Shown: piece by piece, positions 41,524-53,489 of the stretch
Layout: each line of letters opens with the position of its first letter
How positions within the stretch are numbered: position 1 is the stretch's first letter
Assembly (NCBI GenBank): GCA_964016885.1
Contig: OZ024746.1
Location: forward strand, 34,658,001 to 34,722,000
DNA: 64,000 nucleotides
DNA from: Eledone cirrhosa
Lineage: Eukaryota
Reading direction: 5' to 3'
The notes under the pieces: model-generated
What the model was told of the DNA's origin: nothing
The model's database searches: none
Seen by the model: the letters and a program-made list of their open reading frames with translations, nothing else
Made by a program: the position numbers and the translations under genes

Positions 41524-42269
41524 GTGAGTTAGTCCCAGGGTTACTTGCTCCTGTAAGTACCACCGGATCCCAGCCACTAAATTTAATAGAAATAAGAGAT
41601 AGGAGAATGTTCATGCAATTTCATTTCGTGTGTAAATTATTTCTCACTACATTTGAAGTAATAACTGAAGCATAATAAGTTTCTCAAAACGAGTATCAAA
41701 ATAACTTGCGTTTATTGTAGTTCGTGAAGTACATATGTGGTAAGCAAATGCACCTCGTGGCATTACGAAGTATAATCCTGAATTATAAGGTATGGTTGAA
41801 AAAAGGTTAGCATATTTGCGCTCGATATGACCAGTTGGAGAGGTGCCGCCAAAAGCGAGTAAGTGAGCAAGAGAGGTCGAGTGACGTCAGAACAATCCCT
41901 TAAATTCTGGCCACAGGTAAGTAACTCCAATTAGTTTTTTCTCCCCGGGCAATGTGGTCCTAATCGCTACAAATATATATATGTATGTATATATATATAT
42001 ATATGTAAGTATGTATACGTATATATGTATACAGACGTGTGCAAATACATAAATAGAGACAACAAATATAACAACACACTACAACGAAGACATAAATTAA
42101 TCTAACGTGTGATATCGTATGATGAGATTTTGCTTTTCGTACAGTTTCCTTTCATCGGATGATAGAATGAGAAAAGATAGAACCATAAAAACACATTTAT
42201 ATGTATGTAAAATACTCTTTTCACACACACAGTCGCACATATGCATACATTTACAAGTATATATTCATG

Positions 42270-42368
<99 letters not shown>

Positions 42369-42492
42369 ATACATTATATATATACATATATATATGAATA
42401 TATATTATATATTCCCATATCTTACGTTAAATATTTTCCATCTTGACGTAATAGTCACTTATATGTATGTTCAGAATAATTTCTCTATTTTG

Positions 42493-42524
<32 letters not shown>

Positions 42525-42527
<3 letters not shown>

Positions 42528-43012
42528 TATGTATACGTACATACATATATGTATACAAACGTACAGTAGTATGTATGTATATACATACATGCACACATAT
42601 ATATATATATATGTACGTATGGATTCACCGAACATTTATTATAATGCTCGGTGTGCTTGTAAACAAACATCCCGAATTAAGCCGTACAGTGTTTAGCAAC
42701 CATCGATGCCCTTTTGTTCAACACTGACAAAGGAACGGTGTACTAGTTTCAAGCTTATTAGCTATCGTCAGCACCGTATACCTTCCTGCCAGATGATTGA
42801 ACGTCTGAAAGTATATAAATTCCTCATGCATATTAAGGGCTGAGCAGCCTAATTTGCCTATCGAGTGAATTATCGGCCGAAAATGATAAGCGGAAAAAAA
42901 TGAAACGACATTTCTTTTCTCACTCTTAGTACGGCTGTTACTTAAATATGAGTATGTACACGTACATAAATATATGTATACAGACGTACAGTAGTATGTA
43001 TATACATACATG

Positions 43013-43063
<51 letters not shown>

Positions 43064-43457
43064 GTAAGGATTCACCGAACATTTATTATAATGCTCGGTG
43101 TGTTTGTAAACAAACATCCCGAATTAAGCCCTACAGCCATACGGTGCCGACGATAGCTAATAAGCTTGAAACTAGTGCATCGTTCCTTTGTCAGTGTTGA
43201 ACAAAAGGGCAACGATGGTTGCTAAACACTGTACGGCTTAATTCGGGATGTTTGTTTACAAACACACCGAGCATCATAATAAATGTTTGGTGAATCCATA
43301 CGTACATATATATATATACGTGCGCATGTATGTATATATATACATACTACTGTACGTCTGTATACATATATATATATATATGTACGTATACATACGTATA
43401 TTTAAGTAACAGCCGTACTAAGTGTGAGAAATGAAATTTCGTTTCATTTTTTTCCGT
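42525..43457. mobile_element. Nested inverted/direct repeat cluster carrying a hammerhead
   Basis: 42612-42779 inverted vs 43140-43306; 42890-43016 inverted vs 43325-43457; partial direct copy 43061-43136. Confidence 0.85.
42735..42777 (-). ncRNA. Canonical minimal type I hammerhead ribozyme (mutated mirror copy at 43141-43183)
   Basis: ACGGTG-CTGACGA-t AGCT aata AGCT t-GAAA-CTAG-TA-CACCGT; perfect 6 bp stem I. Confidence 0.88.
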
Positions 43458-45937
43458 TATATATATATATATATATGCATATATATGAACATATATAAAC
43501 CCGACATATTGAGTTTCATTTAATTCTGTGTAATGTAGTGTTCCTTATATCACTTTTTATAAACAGTTGTCTTAAGGCCCTCTACCGAAATGATTTTGGA
43601 ATCATAGGCTCCCGTACGAAATGAACAAGACTGCTCCAGTAAGAGAAATATTTCAATTAGCGTATATATATATACTAATATATATATACTAATATATATA
43701 CTAATATGGTCGATACAACTTAATAGAGACGGCGTTCCAGCCGAGCCATAAATATGTATTTCTATAGATCTAGAATATTCGAACTCTAACACATAATATA
43801 TGTTTTTCCGTTTTTAAAATCGTCATGAATGAATTGTAGAGACTAGTTCCCACCTTGATTTTAAAAGTCAAGGGGGGGGGGGGGATTTCTATTTTACGTT
43901 GGCCTCTTTCAATTCTTTATTAGTGTATATATTATATAAGCTTTCAGGCTATGGCATACGAGTGATATATGTTAAAATTGCCACATTTCCCATCTGGTGT
44001 AATTTAATGTGAATAGAATACAAAAAATAAAAGAATATTGAGCAAAGGTGCCATAAACACATAAAACAGGATGGTTTTACATCGATTATCTTTGGTTAAA
44101 CGTCGGTTCGTTCAACAGAGTTAAAACAGAACAACAACAGCACGAACAAATTCCAAACCTGTAAATGACATACCCATTTTTACTATGTCACTTAACATAG
44201 TTTTCTCATTGTTCGCGTTATCGCAGGAATACAATCTGTTGTGATACCAAAACCTTATAGTCTTACATGTGTAGAATTCCTAACGATTTTACTAATACGT
44301 ATTCTTAAAGTTATGCTGTCGATTTTACTAAAGATATGTGTTTGTGTATGTGTGTATGTGTCTGTATTTGTATCTCTATGCGTATGCATTTGGGGAGAAA
44401 GCGATATGAGTGCATACATAGGAATGATAGGAATGACTACAGGTTTTAACGTTTATATATACAGGGGATGATAAAAGCCTGGTGTTGTGTACGTGCATGC
44501 TTTAACGTATATATGAATATGTATAGTTGTGTGAGTGTTTGTCTGTGTGTGTCTGTGTGTTATTGCGCGTGTCTGTATGTGCGTATGTGTGTGTGCCTAT
44601 GTGTATGATTGTATGAAGAGTGAAATAGATAGAGACGAGCGTTTATGTGTATGCATGTGTGTATAATCCTCTGTCTGTAAATAACAAGATAGAAGTCTGC
44701 AATAGTGTGCCAATAAGCGTATCAATCAACCTACAGCAGTAAATTCTCTATGTATGCGTGGTAAATGTGTTTATGCAATTCCTATGCAATTTGTATACAT
44801 ACACACACACACATTTATATCTACGTGTATAAACACATGATGATATATAGGTATATCTTTGTGGACTCATTCTGAGCGTGCGTGCGTATGTATGTTTCTG
44901 AGAGTTTAACTTCGAAGTGTATAATTTCCATAGCAACGTCGTTTATCAGGCAATGGATCTGGCATTGAATTAACCCGACTGACTCTTCCGCATCCACACA
45001 TTTCACCTAACATACTCTTTCTACTCTCTTATCTTCTCAAACATTTGCCCTCTCATCCTCTCACTTCGTATAAATATCTCCCTAACTCTAACTCAAACTT
45101 TCTCCCCACCATCACCATTAAAAAAACAACAACAAAAACACCATCAACAATGACAAACACGCAACCAACACCACTGCCACTACATCGAATACTAAAATCA
45201 CCAAAACTACCATCATCTCCTCCACCATTATCATGTAAAGAAATTTCATGAGAAGAATTTCATGCGTAGAATTTCAAGTTGGTCGAATTACAACCGTTTA
45301 CGCTTTCTGTCAAATAAATAACATAAAGAAAAGAAAACACGGATAGATAATCAACGTCGAAATATTCATCTTGAAAGTGGAGTACATTGAAACCAAACTG
45401 TCGGTAGTGAGCAATCAAATTTTGGTTGGTTAACTCTATTACTTCATTTGTGCTCTGGGATAAGTCGGTATTCCGATAGAATAATTCATGATTTTATCTT
45501 TTTTTATCAACTTCGATTATCGACCAATTTTTTTTTATTTTGATTGTTTTAAGTTGTTTAGTTCTATATCAGCGTTGATCAAGCAGTTCTATGATCTAAT
45601 ACGTTCCGGTGTTTATCAACGTGTATTTACGTGAACCTTGTAATAATTCGCAATTAGTTTTACCTTCCACTTTACAAACTAGCATGACTGAATTAGTAGA
45701 GGATATGTCTCCTATAACTAGCAGGTTCAGTTCATTGGCTAGTGTTTTATTTTAGTTATATAAGGAGAGTATCAACACTTCTCAGATGTAATTAACACAT
45801 TGTTTTTTTTTCGTCTTATTTTTTTTTTGCTATGGCTGCGGCGAAAAGGAAAATTGGGTTATATAGATGTACTTACAATAATTTACACGTAGTATTGTAA
45901 GGACATCTATATAACATGGACTAGTAACTACGATATC

Positions 45938-46042
45938 TCGCCGAGGTTGACTTTGCCTTTCATCCTTACGGGGTCGATAAAATAAAGTACCAGTAATGCA
46001 CTGGGTAATTGCTGGCATCGTGCCTAAAGTAGAAACAATTAT
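45938..46042 (+). mobile_element. SINE 3' half
   Basis: cgccgaggttgactttgcctttcatccttacggggtcgataaaataaagtaccagt...tagaaacaatt. Confidence 0.88.
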
Positions 46043-46789
46043 ATATAATCGGTTGAGATCATTGTTTATACATATATTAACTACTAAGAACACTACCAGA
46101 TAAAACATAAAACTGAGTACCTGCCTGTCATATTAGTTGTGAGAACGTCGGATATAATTTTTTTGCGGTATTCCTTTTGACTCTCTTCTCTCAATTCATC
46201 TATTCGAGCCCGAAAAAAAAAAATTACCAAGTACTCCTGCGGATTCCTCCTATATATACCTTTCTCACTTCTTCTCTCTCTCTTGTCCTCCTTCTCTGGA
46301 AGAAATCTGCAGTACTCAGGCTCGGAGATTGATGGGCTCCACCAGGTTTTGAAATGCAATAGAATGTCAATACGGCGCCGCAATATCAATACGCCACCGC
46401 TACAAATCCCCTATGACCATGTCATGCAATACTAAATGATAAATAGCAAAATTGACATTGCTAGGATTTAAAGTCAAAACTCAAAGGCCCGTAACTCAAT
46501 CGGCGTACAGATTCTGCGGTATATATGAAATCCACTATAGATAAGAATGTAGATAATTCAGAGGGTGCTATATTACATTCTATCGATGAAAGATGCTGGA
46601 CTACTACATGTTTATCAATTCTAGAAAAATAAAAGTCCAGATTGACCCCGGCTTGAAACAGACTTCAAAGTACCTCAACATTTTTTTTTTTCTTGAGCTA
46701 ATTTGGTTATAAGGGACTATTGTCAGTTTTTAACACAATATAAATTTTTAATACTTTTTTCTGTATATAATCAAAGCCATAATTGATCT

Positions 46790-46932
46790 AATTTTAAATC
46801 CCGCTGATGTCAGCTTTACCTTTCCTTCTTACGATGTCGGCAAAATAAAGTACCAGTAACACTGTGGTCAATTTAATCGACTTTTCTCTCCCCGCAAATT
46901 GTTGGCCTACTACGTAAAACAGGAACCATTAT
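46790..46932 (+). mobile_element. Older diverged SINE copy
   Basis: aaatcccgctgatgtcagctttacctttccttcttacgatgtcggcaaaataaagtaccagt. Confidence 0.65.
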
Positions 46933-47061
46933 ATCTAATTATTTATTAAGATTTTATTTTACTTGTCCGTGTTCAAATATCATTGGTTCAAAGATTTATT
47001 ATTTATACTATTTAGCATTGTATACATAACTCGCTTGGTAATGAAAGACAGATAATGTTAG

Positions 47062-47245
47062 ATAACTGTTTCTACTTTAGGCACAAGGCCAGCAATTACC
47101 CAGTGCATTACTGGTACTTTATTTTATCGACCCCGTAAGGATGAAAGGCAAAGTCAACCTCGGCGGGATTTGAACTCAGATCGTAAAGGGACATAACTAT
47201 GTTGGAAAGCATGGCGTCCCACCCTCTACCGATACTGCCAATCCA
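47062..47245 (-). mobile_element. Full-length tRNA-derived SINE
   Basis: Minus strand ggattggcagtatcgg (A box), gagttcaaatccc (B box), core resembling the Meta-SINE central domain, tail ..agtagaaac. Confidence 0.9.
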
Positions 47246-47499
47246 TAGATAACGACATGAAATTACATAGATTTTTGTTTTGTTTACTTTTGAACAAATG
47301 GCTAACTAGACTACCCGCAACTGGATGAGGAGATAATAGTAGATATAACTTCATAACATAATTAAACTTAATCTAATTATAAAACTATTTATAGGGAACA
47401 AAACACCAAGGAATATTATTATGATGAGATAAGAAAGAACTATACACGCACAAACTAGTTATACACAAACTAGTTATACACGCACAAACACGCACACGG

Positions 47500-47612
<113 letters not shown>

Positions 47613-47713
47613 AATGTTTGTATGTCTATGAATGTGTTTGTGTGTCTGTGAGTGTGTGTGTGAGTCTGTGTGTGAGACTGTGTGTGTTTGTGTGTGTGTG
47701 TGTGTATTAAAAC

Positions 47714-48020
47714 AACAACAGAAGGTTGGATTGAAACATTTACTTTACTTTAGAAATTTAATTCCGCGAAGGCAACATACGTACTTCGATGGCTACGCTC
47801 TCATCATCCGATTATGATGCAAGACAAGGAGATTTCATCAGGTGTTATCTGCGTAACCGGATTGCGTTAAACCCAAACATAGAATAGTACATAGGAGATA
47901 GAAATCGCCTAGTCTTTCATCATAACCGAATGATTGAAATGGACCATGAAAAAAATATATATACTGCTTTCGCGGAATTAAAATACTAAAGTAATTTTTC
48001 CAGTTCGGCCTTCTGTTGTT
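47714..48020. mobile_element. Diverged ~300 bp fold-back, MITE-like
   Basis: caacagaagg..ttaattccgcgaaggca vs tgctttcgcggaattaa..ccttctgttg; inner ttatgatg.aagac.agg.gatttc vs gaaatc.cct.gtctt.catcataa. Confidence 0.6.
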
Positions 48021-49914
48021 ACACTAGTCACTGGATACCGCACCTACAATGGATGACTCGTGTAACGTTGAGTGCTTTAAATATTTCTTTGCATCATCGT
48101 TTACCAACCCGAACCACCGGTTCTACTCATTGGTAAGCAGCCTAACATATATATATACATATATAGACACCCACACTCACTCACCACATATTATAATATA
48201 TATATAAACATATATTATAGAAATTATTTCTACAAGACCAGAGATGTTTCATTCCTAATGGTTTCTTACGAATAAAACACCTCTGTAACTGTAGAAGTTA
48301 TTTCTATAATAAAATATTCCTATAATATTTTAACTTTTGAGTACATTATTTTAAAAGCGGACACTTCCTGCGTCTGTGCGTATGTGACTACGTGTATCTG
48401 TAATTATGTGTCTATATGTATATATAACCCTGCACGTAATTATATTGATGTTGATACGTAGGAATAATCAAGCATAATAACGTACCACGAATAAGACTTC
48501 TGACGAAATAAAACGAGATAGAACACGATAAATTTAAACGCAGTGACATACCTAATAAACTATATATAATTAACTAGATAAAATCTAATAGAATGCACGT
48601 GTGATTATATTGCCTGATTTCTACATGGATGACAATAGTTGAAGATATTATAATATATCACCATGAGTTCTTCCATCTTACGGAATCCTCCTTTACACCG
48701 ATAATCCGAACATATATTTTGTTGTTTTCAGCTTTTCTTGAAAAATCCACTGCACTTGTTTCTTGGCTCACATCTGTAGTGACCTACATTCCGCGGGCTC
48801 ACATACATTCTCTATGCGTGATTTGGCTCAGTTCAGCCAATCAGCGCCAGTAGAAGAGGATGTATCCCTACGCGCCCTGAGGAAGAAATTCCCCGCGAAG
48901 ATTTGAAGAATCTCTCTCTTGTACCAGAAATTTCGAGTCAGCAACACGCATAATGTAACGGTGAGATATTATACCCTAGCCTCGCCGGCTATCCGGCGCA
49001 ATGGCACATTCCCTTTTGTAACCTCTTTTTATATGTAACTTCAACCATGTAAGTTAACAAACATTGTTTGTGCTACATCAAAAATAAACATACATTTCAT
49101 CTCTAATTTCTGCTGTTGAAATCATTATTATGTTACTCGCGTCTCAATAACATCTATAATCCATGCTGCTGGAATTGGCGACCTGACGAAAGGAATATTG
49201 TAAATACTTAGATGGTAAATAGATCGAGGGACCTTCCGTCACGTCTATGTCGACAAGATAATCCAACGAGGATACTATCACTTACCACACTGGCAACTAA
49301 CAACCCTTCATACTACTACCCTGCTAAACATCCATCTGACATTCGACGCTCTGAAGATAATTCCATCAACCTTCCAACATTCTTAACATCAAACGCCAAG
49401 TGTTAACCCCCTTGGGTTTTTGCAATTCTATAACACCATTATATAACACAGTTCTGATAAGTAAGTTTAATGTAGCAGGTCTACAACTAGCTTCTATTCT
49501 CAACATACTCGCAAATAGACTTATATAATTAAATTCTCACAATTAAAACAAAAGCACAGCTCTATTCTCACATATCAACGTATTGTACGTGCAAAACAAT
49601 ACATGCAATTCTTTATAATCAACGGGATGTCTTAGTGTCTTAGCTTTTCCACTGTAACAGCAACGTGAATTTCATAGCGCTAGATATAGTGATGCCCTGT
49701 TTTGTTTTTCCTTTTGATATTTATGAACATTTATGTTTATTTACGATCCACAAGGAAGAACATTTTATTACATTTGATATTAACAAAATCTTCTATGATT
49801 GATATGTTTAGCATAGCCTTTGCCATCCTGCCTCTTTTTGGAGTCAATAAACTTGTTAGTCTAAACATTTCAATTTTACATAATGAAGCCTTGCAAAAAC
49901 AAACATACAACAAC

Positions 49915-50100
49915 TAATAATTGTTTCTACTTTTGGCACAAGGCCAGCAATTACCCAGTACATTACTGGTACTTTATGTTATCGATCCCGTAAGGATGAA
50001 AGGCAAAGTTAACCTCGGCGGGATTTGAACTCAGACCGTAAAGGGACGTAACTATGCTGGAAAGCATGGCGTCCGACTCTCTACTGATACTGCCAATCCA
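49915..50100 (-). mobile_element. Full-length tRNA-derived SINE
   Basis: Close match to 47062-47245. Confidence 0.9.
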
Positions 50101-50252
50101 CCTAATAATAGATGAAAATATGACCATAATATTATATGTGCTTTTCACATAAACAAGTTTAAAAATAATACTGAGCTTTTGCACATGTGATTTTAACTGA
50201 TATGTAAAGCATAGAAATAAGAGAGGGAGATTTTCTTGTATTACAGATTATC

Positions 50253-50800
50253 TATGGCCGCTCCTCTGGCAGTGTGCGCCATTTAAGAACAGAGATTGAT
50301 CATCCGATTTCTCTTATCTGGAGGTGTGACAGGGACTAAAATTCATCGCAGCGTTTCATTGCAATCCGTATTGCTCTACCGCCTAAGAGCGTGTGTCTCG
50401 AAAGGTTTTAAGATCGCTAAGCAAAAGTGTGCCATGAAAGATAGTAGGACGGCTATCAACGTCAACCCCGTGAATAAGATGAAGAGATTGATGTGGTGAA
50501 CTGACGAGTGGTTATCGATGGTTTGGTATGTTCTTTGTAAATAGTCTTGGGCTTGCATACGAAATCATTCACGATAAATAGTGCGTCCTTTGCTTCCGCT
50601 AAGTCTGTGCGAGATGGGTGCCAAGAGAGCTTATCGAAGTTGGTAAGCGCACTGTTGGGGAGACATGTCGATACAAATTCAACCGCTATAACCATGAGTG
50701 CGGATATCTTTTATGGGGAGATAATTGTCCCGGGCTCGACATGGGTTCATCAATTTAAGCCAGAATCCAAGACGCAGTATCCAACAGAATCAAACAAAAA
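50253..50800 (+). pseudogene. Mariner transposase remnant (N-terminal HTH to first catalytic D region)
   Basis: MAAPLAVC..EQR.IIRFLLSGGV.GTKIHR, VCARWVPREL, IVPGSTWVHQFKPESKTQ (cf. WVPREL and IVTGDETWVH..PESK). Confidence 0.8.
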
Positions 50801-51567
50801 CTCACTACCGTGAGAAGGATGTCTGTATATTTGCTATCTTGATTCCAACAGCAAATCTGTTTCTTCATATTTTTTACTCTTCTACTGGTGTGTCTTCATT
50901 CCACTTTGGTGTAGTATCCTGCTTCATTTGTTTAGCTCATTTCACATCGTATTTGCTTTTTTGCAGCTTTCTCGTTCAACGTCGAAAACAAAATAGGAAT
51001 ATATGGGGAATAATAGAAAGAGGGTGCTGATCGTTGGTGAATATAGAATTTTATGTAAAATCAGTATTTAAAACTTCAGTCATTAATTGAAGAAATGCAC
51101 TGGATCCCCAACAAAAATCTTCAGCAAATTAGGAATTATATTTTGACTGTAGACAAACTGTTCAATGGGTCAATATTATAATTGAAAAAGGAGTGGTGAT
51201 CATCAAAATCAAGCGAGCCTGAAAACACTGTTGAAATAATATACACAAACGACTTCTTTGAAGGAATCAACGAGTTGAAAGGCCCCCAGCAAAGTGAGAC
51301 TCCATCGGTATTAGCATGACATGAATCTACTTAGCTAACAGATAAAAAGAATACTTGTAACCGCAAGGAAGAGCACTTTGAAACATTTTAAAATTCTTCA
51401 CCTGATTTGGATAACAATGCCATAGATTCAGTTGCTTTAAGGCCAGTAATACTTGAATTGTAATTTAGCCCATTATATGCCGAAATGAAAATAGCTATAG
51501 AGTAGCTATAAAGTAATTATATCAGGTAAGTGGCCTGGTTATGATGCAATATAAACATGTGTACAAA

Positions 51568-51868
51568 TATATAAGATACAAAGCTTTTTCAGCTTTTGTT
51601 TACAAACAGCGGATAATATGATATTAGATAGTGAAAATAGTGCCACCGTTGTATTTTTGACAAAGTAAATTAGCCTAATAATTTGACGTATATGGGACAG
51701 GAACTCACATCTCTGGCTAATATGGTCATTGTGTTACCAATACACCAATACGCCACCCACACAAATTTCCATTAAATTTAAAGCTACATAATCACTATTT
51801 TCACTATCTAATTTCAAATTCTCCGCTGTTTGTAAACAAAAGCTGAAAAAGCTTTGTATCTTATATAT
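51568..51868. mobile_element. ~75 bp inverted repeats (51568-51642 and 51793-51868) enclosing a tRNA-like cloverleaf
   Basis: atataagatacaaagctttttcagcttttgtttacaaacagcgga and its reverse complement. Confidence 0.8.
51684..51754 (-). tRNA. Diverged tRNA-like cloverleaf related to 31556-31627
   Basis: GGCGTAT TG GTGT attggta ACAC A ATGAC catatta GCCAG agat GTGAG ttcctgt CCCAT ATACGTC A. Confidence 0.5.
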
Positions 51869-52501
51869 ATGTATTCATACACTATTATTAAAGCAGGCTT
51901 TAATCACAGAATTATATCGTAAGTATATCGCAGGAGGGTCATAGTTATTCTGAGAGCTAACTCTGTCATAAATTGCACCACTTCCCCTTCTATATTACCG
52001 ATGGCAATTGGTTATACATATATAATTGATAAATCTGTTGGACGTACGTTATCCGGCACAAGCGACCATTTCTCTTGCAGAATACTCCTGTCAAGAAATC
52101 TATATTCTTATTAAATTAATATGCTTCGAACCAACAGAAAAAAATGCTAAATCCAACTTCCCATTTCAATGTATCTGACTTCACAGACGTTAAAAAAGAC
52201 GTTGGAATATTCGTGAAAAACTATAATATATAAACTCCTCTTTCCTGAAAGTACGAGATAAAAAAAAGAGAGAATAAAACATTGCCAGAGGACCTCGCTA
52301 ATCGATTCTAATTAATGCTTGACAGTAAAATCTACTTCAAAAATGTATCAGCACGTCAGAATCCAATTTCCTTTCTATAAATAAGATACTTTTTTAATAC
52401 AAATACAATTTCAATGTTATATAAACATATGCACACGCAGATACATACGCACACATATATAAATACATATATGCATATGTGCAGAAAGTTCACATAGTTC
52501 T

Positions 52502-52558
<57 letters not shown>

Positions 52559-52859
52559 TAAATACTAACAGATTTATGTAATCAAACTACTACAAGATGG
52601 TTTGTGCACCATGCCATACACTATCTTTCTCAATAACAACTGAAATGAATTCACAAAACAAATTATGCTCATACATATATAGTAGTGTGATGACAATAGT
52701 CGAACAAATTCATTAGGTCTATCAATTAAATTAATATATTTAATATGAATTAATCAATACATTAAATCAATTAATAAAACATTAAAAATGTTGATACATA
52801 TCTAACTCTGTCCGTCACTTATTTAATTGGTCTTAATTCATGAGGACCTTGACTACATT

Positions 52860-53392
52860 GCATTGTTATTTTTATTTAGAGAAAAAAGCCATCCTGAAAC
52901 ACCTGTACCCTAGCTGGACCAATGGATATCCCAGTAGACGCAATGTCGGGTGAATACTGTGAATGGGGCAGAACCTCAAAATCTAGCTCTGAGCAGTTGC
53001 TCACAGGTCATCCCTGATGTATGTGACCGGAGTATCGGTGCACCTGTGCGATTTCGCCGCTGGTATGTCACGTTCTTGGCAATATACATCAAATCCTATG
53101 CTGGTGTGCTTTGGGAGCAGCTACTAGTGGATGAAACCTTTCCATTCCCATGAGATTTTGCTTGCCGTTTTTTGGTGCACTCACTACTTCATCAATCCAC
53201 GATCTCTTGTGCTAGTCATACATTTAGAGACGCCATTTTATATCACCAATCACAATGGAATTATACCGTTTAATATTTTTAAATTAGGACAACAGAGGAG
53301 TTGCTGCCCGACATTTACGATTACGTTCAGTCAGTTTGTGGGATATCCAACGTGGGTGAAGGTGATTGAGGATCGATTATTTCGTTGCCACA
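52860..53392 (-). pseudogene. Mariner transposase remnant (catalytic domain)
   Basis: Minus-strand IVIGDIKW, WEWKGFIH..LLP, FEVLPHSQYSPDIA (cf. YSPDLAP). Confidence 0.75.
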
Positions 53393-53489
53393 AGCAGAAT
53401 TTGAACTCAGAACGTAAAGGGCTGTAACTATATATTGCACATAATAATAATAATAATAATAATATATTATATTATTAATAATTTCATTC

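Noticed and set aside
46139-46404. TG...CA solo-LTR-like GC-richer island
   Set aside because: No target-site duplication or second copy in the window
48630-49190. Solo LTR with tRNA primer-binding site (aattggcgacc at ~49173)
   Set aside because: No second LTR, no target-site duplication and no gag/pol sequence downstream
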